From contig JAYUEB010000584.1 in NCBI GenBank assembly GCA_043739525.1, positions 1 through 32,425 on the forward strand: a DNA stretch of 32,425 bases. The letters are read 5' to 3'. Positions 8,474 through 14,236 of this stretch are shown here, one piece after another (positions within the stretch are counted from its first letter, which is position 1; every line of letters starts with the position of its first letter). The notes below the pieces were generated by a model, which saw only the letters and a program-made list of their open reading frames with translations, searched no databases and was not told where the DNA came from. The translations under genes were made by a program, and so were the position numbers. The DNA comes from Bdellovibrionales bacterium (GTDB lineage Bacteria > Bdellovibrionota > Bdellovibrionia > Bdellovibrionales > JAMPXM01).

Positions 8474-8518
8474 AAAAAAACCCGTCGATCTTTTAGCTTG
8501 TTTGACGGCAATTTTTTT
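8474..8518 (-). terminator. weak bidirectional hairpin flanked by A/T runs, immediately downstream of 8579-8983
   Basis: CCGTC (8482-8486) pairs with GACGG (8504-8508) around a 17-nt loop. The element is flanked by A7 on one side and T7 on the other, so either strand reads stem + U-run. Confidence 0.35.
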
Positions 8519-8578
8519 AAAAAAAAGTTTTTGTCGCATTTTGATACGTTAAAAGAAACTAAAAAATTATTTAGAAAA

Positions 8579-8983
8579 TTAAAAGCTGGCAACCCAGGCA
8601 GATAGTTGAGACAAGTCAGAGGTTGCATACACTTGGGCATGACTTGATTGAGTAGGATGAACCGCAATAACATCAAGTCGAGATGTCGCTGAACAAAAGT
8701 TAGCAAGAACGGAAGCATCTGAAGTTCCAGAGATAATTCTAAATGAACCTGCGCCTGATCCGCCGTTGGGTCCTGTGCCTCCGGCAACGTGGCAATTTCC
8801 GCAGCCCTGTTGTGCTCCAACATTTCCGGTCTGTTGAAGAATGCCGGTCATGATAGGTTGAAAAGCAGTCAATTGAGCAGGAGTTGGAGAGCATACAATG
8901 GCCTGCGCGCCAGGAGTATTGCTATTTAAATCCACAGAACAGTTTTGGCAGACCAGCATCGTTAAGATAAAAAATAAGGGCAT
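8579..8983 (-). CDS. small lipoprotein with a single CxxCH haem motif (PSCyt-like)
   Basis: The ORF track starts it at 9055, but that extension overlaps the upstream gene. Met25 at 8983 gives 'MPLFFILTMLVCQNCSV' (signal plus Q-N-C lipobox) and lies 10 nt after the upstream stop. Haem motif 'QQGCGNCHVAGGTGPNGGSG'. Confidence 0.7.
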   Translation of the reverse strand: MPLFFILTMLVCQNCSVDLNSNTPGAQAIVCSPTPAQLTAFQPIMTGILQQTGNVGAQQGCGNCHVAGGTGPNGGSGAGSFRIISGTSDASVLANFCSATSRLDVIAVHPTQSSHAQVYATSDLSQLSAWVASF

Positions 8984-8993
8984 GAGGATTTTC

Positions 8994-9242
8994 TTAGTTA
9001 CAACCACAACCGCCCCCAGCTCCGCCAAATCCACCAACAGACCCTTCGCGAGCATTGAACATATGGTTCATCGAAGTATTCTCTTTCGCATTATCCATAA
9101 GTGCCATACCGCTTTTACTTAAAATATCGCGATCATTTGGCTGAACGCGCTTTCCAAGTAAACCACAAGAACTTAATATCAAAATCGTACTGGCGATTCC
9201 GAAGATCTTGAGAACTTTATGGTAATGAGAAAAAGTATTCAT
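8994..9242 (-). CDS. DUF4266-like small lipoprotein with a Gly-rich C-terminus ending GGGCGCN
   Basis: Canonical lipobox 'LILSSCG'. The 82-aa protein ends '...NAREGSVGGFGGAGGGCGCN*', which matches my recollection of the DUF4266 family terminus. It sits next to a DUF3570-like gene and a TlpA gene, as that family usually does. Confidence 0.65.
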   Translation of the reverse strand: MNTFSHYHKVLKIFGIASTILILSSCGLLGKRVQPNDRDILSKSGMALMDNAKENTSMNHMFNAREGSVGGFGGAGGGCGCN

Positions 9243-9259
9243 CTCTTCCTTATCGGACT

Positions 9260-9778
9260 TTATTTAGATTTCAAGAGAGCAATGATCTCTTTTTCAAACT
9301 TGTCGATATCGCCATCTTTAAAACCTTTATGAATTTTCGTTACTTTGCCTTTTTTGTCTAAAACATATGTCACTGGTAAGCCTGCAACTTCAAGTTTGTT
9401 CAAGACCTCTGCTTTTTGGCCATCGGCAAGTAAAGTCATCTGAACCGGAAACTCTTTTAAGAAGGTATTCGCTTCAGCAAGCTCTTTATCTTCGTTGACT
9501 CCGATGATCTCGAGTCCTTTACCTTGAAATTTTTTGTTTATTTTATTTAGAATAGGCAACTCAACTTTGCATGGTTCGCACCAACTTGCCCAGAAATCAA
9601 CGATAACTACTTTACCTTTGAGTGAGCTCAATTTAACGCTTGAATTAGGATCCGCAAATTTTTTCAATGTAAAATCTGGAAATACTTGGCCAACTTTTAC
9701 TTTTGCAAAAGCAGAACTATTAATTAAAAGACCTACACTGAGTAGGCTCACCGATAAAAACTTTTTCGAAAAGCTCAT
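9260..9778 (-). CDS. TlpA/ResA-family periplasmic thiol:disulfide oxidoreductase
   Basis: Signal peptide present. 'VVIVDFWASWCEPCKVELPIL' contains the thioredoxin CxxC, and 'LEIIGVNED' is typical of the TlpA-like fold. Confidence 0.85.
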   Translation of the reverse strand: MSFSKKFLSVSLLSVGLLINSSAFAKVKVGQVFPDFTLKKFADPNSSVKLSSLKGKVVIVDFWASWCEPCKVELPILNKINKKFQGKGLEIIGVNEDKELAEANTFLKEFPVQMTLLADGQKAEVLNKLEVAGLPVTYVLDKKGKVTKIHKGFKDGDIDKFEKEIIALLKSK

Positions 9779-9811
9779 TTATTCTCTCTCCTTAAAAAAC
9801 AAGCATAGTAA

Positions 9812-10942
9812 TTAAAATTTCGCGCTCATTCCTAAACCATAGACATTAGCAACAATACGAACGAGTTTACCATTTTTCACGTCGCTCAGATCACCTGGAT
9901 CGACAGTGTTTTTGTAGATGTCCGTATACCATTCGTATTTAAGATAAATTGAAAAATCGTCTGTAAACTTAATCGTTGGGCGAATTCCGCCAAGGTATGA
10001 GCTATAGCTTGCAAGAGTTTTGTTTCCCGTCCAGAAAACTCCTGGAGCAGAAGAATCGTAGTAAGGTTTATAAAAACTTGCCTGTTGTTGAAGATAATAT
10101 CTGAATACGAGAGCGATATTAAAATGTTTGCTAAAATCATGATTGATTTTCTCTTCTAGAGTTTCCGAAAAAACGCCCCAGCTATCGTAGTACAGACGAT
10201 CTGTTGTACTAAATGCTGTCCGCGTGCTTTCTGAAAACCAATTGTATTTTACGGCAAAGGCATTTCGATTGCGAGTCATTGGATGATTTTCAGGCTGAGT
10301 CGTCGCGTTTCCCGAGTTATCAAGAAAAATAGCGCGGCGATAAGGGCTCGCATCGTATCCACTCTCAACACGAAAGTCGTAGAGAAAATTGATTAGGCTT
10401 ACGCGACTCAAAATTTGTGTTAGTGAAATAGAATAACCTTGGTTATTCATCGCTTGGTGAAAAGTGGGAACACCGGATTCTTCAATCGTATCTTGACCAT
10501 TACTAAAGGTGAAACCCAGAACTGTATTTTTTGAAAAGAACTCGCGTGATCCACCGGCAGAGACAATTTTAGAATGATAGTCGTTTTCGTCACTCTGAAT
10601 ATAAGCAGCACTTAAAGTTCCGTCAGGAATTGTGAGTTCGGCATTAGCATCGTATTCCACTCGGCGATCGCCAATGCGACTCTTTTGTCCCTTTGAACCG
10701 AAAGATCGAACATCAACAGAAGCACTCGAAACGATATCGGCAGCCCAGCCCACTCCAATTTTAAGTTGATCATGATAAGCCGTACCCGTGACATCGACTG
10801 ATGGAGAAACGACTTGGGTTTCACCGTCATCGTAGTCACGAATGACTGAATTCACTTCATTAGCAGCAAAAGCTGAAAAAGCCTGAAATAAAAATGCCAT
10901 TGAAACAGTCGGGATAAAAAACTTTTTCATTGGCTTCTTCAT
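9812..10942 (-). CDS. DUF3570-like outer-membrane beta-barrel protein
   Basis: Signal peptide 'FLFQAFSAFA|ANE'. 'YDDGETQVVSPSVDV...ADIVSSASVD' is the N-terminal pattern I associate with DUF3570. Alternating beta-strand sequence and a C-terminal aromatic residue ('GMSAKF'). Its ATG overlaps the upstream stop (ATGA at 10939-10942). Confidence 0.6.
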   Translation of the reverse strand: MKKPMKKFFIPTVSMAFLFQAFSAFAANEVNSVIRDYDDGETQVVSPSVDVTGTAYHDQLKIGVGWAADIVSSASVDVRSFGSKGQKSRIGDRRVEYDANAELTIPDGTLSAAYIQSDENDYHSKIVSAGGSREFFSKNTVLGFTFSNGQDTIEESGVPTFHQAMNNQGYSISLTQILSRVSLINFLYDFRVESGYDASPYRRAIFLDNSGNATTQPENHPMTRNRNAFAVKYNWFSESTRTAFSTTDRLYYDSWGVFSETLEEKINHDFSKHFNIALVFRYYLQQQASFYKPYYDSSAPGVFWTGNKTLASYSSYLGGIRPTIKFTDDFSIYLKYEWYTDIYKNTVDPGDLSDVKNGKLVRIVANVYGLGMSAKF

Positions 10943-11712
10943 AGGCCAACCTCGAGGCTGACCTGTGCTCCGAAGGTCACGAAGCTATTGTTTTGATTAA
11001 ATACCACGGCTTGAGACCCACCAAAGCTAAAAGAAACGCCACCGCTTTGATTGAACTTCAGACCAACAACTCCGTGCAAGAGATAATTAGGTGCGTTCGT
11101 TTTGCTACCTACAAAAATAGCGTTATTTGCAGAAGGTATGAACAGTCCGCCTGCGTAAGAGACAAAACCTGAGAGTTGTTTTGAGATCAGAGCATCGTTT
11201 CCGAGCTCGATACCTAGATGGTGACCCGCACTGGTTTGGGTAATCCATTCGCCGACATAATATTTGGTGTAAAAGCCTGGTGAGCGATAGCGTTGTAATC
11301 CAATCGTAATGAGATAATTGGAGCCGCGAAAGAAAGAACCTGCAGTCGAAATCGAGTTTTTAGAGAGTCCCAGCTCAGAATAACTTGCAAAGTCATCGTC
11401 ATCCATACGGTCTGTTTTAAGTCTCACGTTTGCAGTTTGTGCAATATAGCCGATGGCGCGTCGGCCATCGGGGTAAACGACGAGAACCTTATAAAAACTC
11501 GCTTCTTTTGTCTTGATAAGAACTTTTGCCACCGCAATAGAGGCTTCGGCTTTCAATATATAAAGCGGTCGATAGTTAAATCCGGCACCTGAATAGACAA
11601 TAGTCTCATCATCAATACCAATTAATTGATTGGCTGCGAGGGCACGGTTACCCGTCAAGATTCCTAGCAAAATTGTAAGCACTACTAAAATGAAAAAACG
11701 AAAAAGAAACAT
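10939..11712 (-). CDS. exported protein, SH3b-like N-domain plus beta-barrel-like C-domain
   Basis: I prefer Met37 at 11712 ('MFLFRFFILVVLTILLGILTGNRALA|AN' signal peptide). 'FYKVLVVYPDGRRAIGYI' is SH3b-like. The C-terminal half is Gly/aromatic-rich with alternating strands. Confidence 0.55.
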   Translation of the reverse strand: MFLFRFFILVVLTILLGILTGNRALAANQLIGIDDETIVYSGAGFNYRPLYILKAEASIAVAKVLIKTKEASFYKVLVVYPDGRRAIGYIAQTANVRLKTDRMDDDDFASYSELGLSKNSISTAGSFFRGSNYLITIGLQRYRSPGFYTKYYVGEWITQTSAGHHLGIELGNDALISKQLSGFVSYAGGLFIPSANNAIFVGSKTNAPNYLLHGVVGLKFNQSGGVSFSFGGSQAVVFNQNNSFVTFGAQVSLEVGL

Positions 11713-11775
11713 CTTTATATCGTGAAGAGGCGCATGATTCTTGTCAACGTGCTTAAAGTTCATTATTCTTTTCAA

Positions 11776-13155
11776 ATGAAATTTAAATTCTTGATTTATA
11801 GTTTCCTCCTGATTGTTCATGTCGACTTTGCTTTTTCAAAAGGAAAAGAGATTTTGCTGGATGAAGGTAGATCCGTTCAACAAGAAACGCAGCTGGTCTT
11901 TAGTCGAATTACCGTAGGTGATTTTAAAAACGCAGCGAACGGGCAAGCTTTCAGCCAAGATTTTTGTGGATATCTTGTCGAAGAATTCAATATGAAGAGC
12001 TATTGGGATGCAAAATGTGGGTCCTTTACCCGTATTGGCGATAAGGGTGCTGTTAACGGATCGGATGCTGTATTAAATGGCGAGTGGAAAGAGAATGAAC
12101 TCTACTTATATTTACGCTCTAAAAATCTAAAGTACATACTGGGCGCCTGGAAAGTTCCGATTCCGCTTCCAGATGGAGTATTGCTTAAGCCGACAGCAGA
12201 ACAAATCGTCGGTTTTTTGATTGCGCAGATTCCGATGATAGGTCACGTGATGAAAGTGGGCGGCAACGGAAATGTCATGATCAATATGGGTTCTCGCAAA
12301 GCGGTTCGCGTTGGACAAACTTTCAAAGTTTTTGACTACGTGTCAGTGGATCATCCGCTGAATGGTAAAGTAAAAGACATCGCAAAAGTCGAGATTAAGA
12401 GCGTTGTCGGGCCAGAGTCTTCGGTTGCGACAGTTTATTATAATTCTCCAGATGACCAAAGTATTTCAACGGGCGCTAAAATTAAAATTGATGATTCGGC
12501 TCTCGTCAAAAGTACGTTGACAGAGCGAGAAGGCGAGAGATCTTGGATCGCAGTCGGCGGTCAACTCATGAATATTCGTGTATCAACAGATCCGTTTTCA
12601 GTCGTTCAAAAGCGTAGCTACAACTTCAACTATACGCCTTTTCTTGATTTCGCATTTGGAACCAAAAAACTTTATGTCCATGGTCTTTACGGCCAGGCGG
12701 CAGGACCGAGTGCCGACATTAGTTATCTCGAAGTTGAAGCGGGCACCGATCTCTATAAAGGAAGCTTTCAAGAAGGATTTTTACTTTTTGGAATGGGCGG
12801 AAACGTCTCTCAGTTTACCGCGCTCAATCACGTGACTCCGTCACTATATGAAGATTCGCAACGAATTTCGCCTTTTTTTGATATTCGACTTCAGTATGAG
12901 CCTCGTCCAAGATTTGTTTTTTATGTCGGAGGTAAAGTTCTTTATCCTGTGTTTACAGGTTCGCAAATTGGTGGAGCTCAAATTTTCAGTTACGGAGCTG
13001 AACCTTATGTTGGAGCCAAAATTCAAATGAGCTCAAAATTTGCGGCCGAAGTCCTTGCCAGATCGCGCTACTTTTCAATCAATTATAGCGGAAATACCGG
13101 GATACGAGAAACCCAGACAGCTTTCCTAGTCCGTGGCATCTATTTCATCAATTAG
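11776..13155 (+). CDS. exported protein, periplasmic alpha/beta and beta-sandwich N-domains plus beta-barrel-like C-domain
   Basis: I prefer Met19 at 11776 ('MKFKFLIYSFLLIVHVDFAFS' signal peptide). 'GHVMKVGGNGNVMINMGSRKAVRVGQTFKVF' is a small beta-domain motif. The C-terminus is strand-rich and ends 'GIYFIN'. Confidence 0.55.
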   Translation: MKFKFLIYSFLLIVHVDFAFSKGKEILLDEGRSVQQETQLVFSRITVGDFKNAANGQAFSQDFCGYLVEEFNMKSYWDAKCGSFTRIGDKGAVNGSDAVLNGEWKENELYLYLRSKNLKYILGAWKVPIPLPDGVLLKPTAEQIVGFLIAQIPMIGHVMKVGGNGNVMINMGSRKAVRVGQTFKVFDYVSVDHPLNGKVKDIAKVEIKSVVGPESSVATVYYNSPDDQSISTGAKIKIDDSALVKSTLTEREGERSWIAVGGQLMNIRVSTDPFSVVQKRSYNFNYTPFLDFAFGTKKLYVHGLYGQAAGPSADISYLEVEAGTDLYKGSFQEGFLLFGMGGNVSQFTALNHVTPSLYEDSQRISPFFDIRLQYEPRPRFVFYVGGKVLYPVFTGSQIGGAQIFSYGAEPYVGAKIQMSSKFAAEVLARSRYFSINYSGNTGIRETQTAFLVRGIYFIN

Positions 13156-13241
13156 TTCCATTTTCTGCTGAAAGATTGTGACGCCTGGACCCACTTAAAT
13201 GGTGAATATTTAAATAATTTTCTAATTTCAGAAGTATTTAT

Positions 13242-13270
13242 TTGGAAAGCCCGGTGCCTGTCTCTATACT
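13242..13270 (+). promoter_or_regulatory. sigma70-like promoter candidate for ihfB
   Basis: TTGGAA (13242-13247), a 17-nt spacer, then TATACT (13265-13270), about 42 nt upstream of the ATG. GAGGA SD at 13300-13304. Confidence 0.4.
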
Positions 13271-13311
13271 TATGAGATCAGTGATTAATTAAGGGAATCG
13301 AGGAATTTAAA

Positions 13312-13593
13312 ATGACAAAAGCAGACCTCATCAATCTCATTTCAGAAAAAGCTGGTATCACCAGAGTGAAAGCTGAAACCGTTGTCAATACCATTTTCGA
13401 TTCAATGGTTGAATCTCTTTTGAAAGATGATCGCATTGAAATTCGTGGATTTGGCTCAATCGCAAACCGAGATTACGGCGCGTACAAAGGACGAAATCCA
13501 AGAACGGGTGAAGTGATTAACGTTCAAGAGAAAAAGCGTCCGTTTTTTAAAGCTGGTAAAGAACTCAAAGAAGATATTAATAAATCAAAGTAA
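13312..13593 (+). CDS. ihfB: integration host factor beta subunit (HU/IHF family)
   Basis: 'MTKADLI...', 'DRIEIRGFGS', 'GRNPRTGEVI' and 'FFKAGKELKE' closely parallel E. coli IHF-beta motifs (RIEIRGFGSF, GRNPKTG, FKPGKEL). Confidence 0.85.
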   Translation: MTKADLINLISEKAGITRVKAETVVNTIFDSMVESLLKDDRIEIRGFGSIANRDYGAYKGRNPRTGEVINVQEKKRPFFKAGKELKEDINKSK

Positions 13594-13611
13594 AATCTGA
13601 AATCTGAAATC
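13594..13611. repeat. tandem heptamer aatctga x2.6
   Basis: aatctga-aatctga-aatc begins immediately after the ihfB stop. Confidence 0.7.
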
Positions 13612-13673
13612 CGATATATGAAACTGCAACTGAAAAACAGGGGACAGAGGACTGCTGCCCGCAGACTGAAACT

Positions 13674-13689
13674 GATACCCGATACCCGA
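13674..13689. repeat. tandem heptamer gataccc x2.3
   Basis: gataccc-gataccc-ga. CTGAAA-type hexamers also recur between 13597 and 13672. Confidence 0.7.
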
Positions 13690-13694
13690 AATCA

Positions 13695-13714
13695 GGGATG
13701 AGAAATTCATCCCC
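13695..13714. terminator. hairpin in a convergent intergenic region (non-canonical terminator candidate)
   Basis: GGGATGA-gaaat-TCATCCC (7-bp stem) lies between the convergent ihfB and 13733-14080 genes. Neither strand has a clean U-tract. Confidence 0.3.
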
Positions 13715-13732
13715 GACAAAAAACTCACCTAA

Positions 13733-14080
13733 CTAATTCGCAACTTCAAAATAAACAGCGGCATCTTCGCCATAGTTATGATCGTAGAGTGGACCATCAG
13801 TTGTTGAACTGTACGGAGCCGTAGTAACACAATCCCAAGCGGCACCCGCTTGAACTTCAGGGCCGTGTTCGCAAGGTGCGCCAAAAGTATGTAGACGATG
13901 AACAACTGAATCGTCATTTATAAAGTGAATCGTGTCTCCCACTTTTGCTTTAATAGGTGTCGCTGCTGTATTCCATGGATTGCCAGCAGTGCCGTTCGCA
14001 ATGTGAAACTCTAGTACTGCCGCATTTGCATTGACCGCAAATCCCAAAGCAAGAGTTGCAACTAAAAGTCTTAAATTCAT
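13733..14080 (-). CDS. small secreted cupredoxin-like protein (standalone copy of a module in 6164-7543)
   Basis: Strong SD (GGAGG, complement of 14085-14089). Signal peptide 'LALGFAVNANA|A'. 'KVGDTIHFINDDSVVHRLHTFGAPCEHGP...WDCV' resembles a cupredoxin strand pattern. A canonical C-x-H-x-M copper site is not evident. Confidence 0.6.
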   Translation of the reverse strand: MNLRLLVATLALGFAVNANAAVLEFHIANGTAGNPWNTAATPIKAKVGDTIHFINDDSVVHRLHTFGAPCEHGPEVQAGAAWDCVTTAPYSSTTDGPLYDHNYGEDAAVYFEVAN

Positions 14081-14236
14081 TTTTCCTCCTTGAAAAGATT
14101 TGTTATTAGGCTCAAGGAGTTCAAGAAAAGTGTCAATTCATGGATGCTCAAATCAAAATTGCAGAGAAATTCTGGACCATATTATTTTTTTTACGAACTC
14201 TACTTGTTACGTTTGCATTTTGAAAACAAAAAATCA

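Noticed and set aside
8401-8475. 24-codon mini-ORF (MSEKVLKWLCRNLRQPRHDNLTLI) in the 8311-8578 spacer
   Set aside because: It has no SD, runs through a hairpin stem, and is on the opposite strand to all neighbouring genes. It is probably fortuitous.
8467-8823. 118-aa minus-strand ORF spanning the spacer and the 3' part of 8579-8983
   Set aside because: It runs through both terminator-like hairpins and overlaps the CxxCH lipoprotein gene in another frame. It has no recognisable features.
8984-9055. N-terminal extension of the CxxCH lipoprotein ORF (track start at 9055)
   Set aside because: The extension overlaps the last 62 nt of the DUF4266-like gene and precedes the signal peptide. Met at 8983 gives a normal leader and a 10-nt gap.
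11713-11820. Long N-terminal extensions of both divergent genes (10939-11820 and 11722-13155), which would overlap each other
   Set aside because: Each protein has an internal Met that starts a typical signal peptide (11712 and 11776). The extended forms would place about 18-36 polar residues before the signal peptide and make the genes overlap head-to-head.
12844-13030. Mirror-image 60-aa ORFs on both strands inside 11776-13155
   Set aside because: Both are embedded in the longer, signal-peptide-bearing ORF and are low-complexity. They are artefacts of AT-rich sequence.
13243-13257. Possible sigma54 promoter TGGaaagcccggTGC upstream of ihfB (GG and GC at the correct 10-nt spacing)
   Set aside because: Only the GG/GC dinucleotides match, and flanking consensus bases (TGGCAC / TTGCW) are poor. 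The same bases form a good sigma70 -35 (TTGGAA) with a 17-nt spacer to TATACT, which is more parsimonious.
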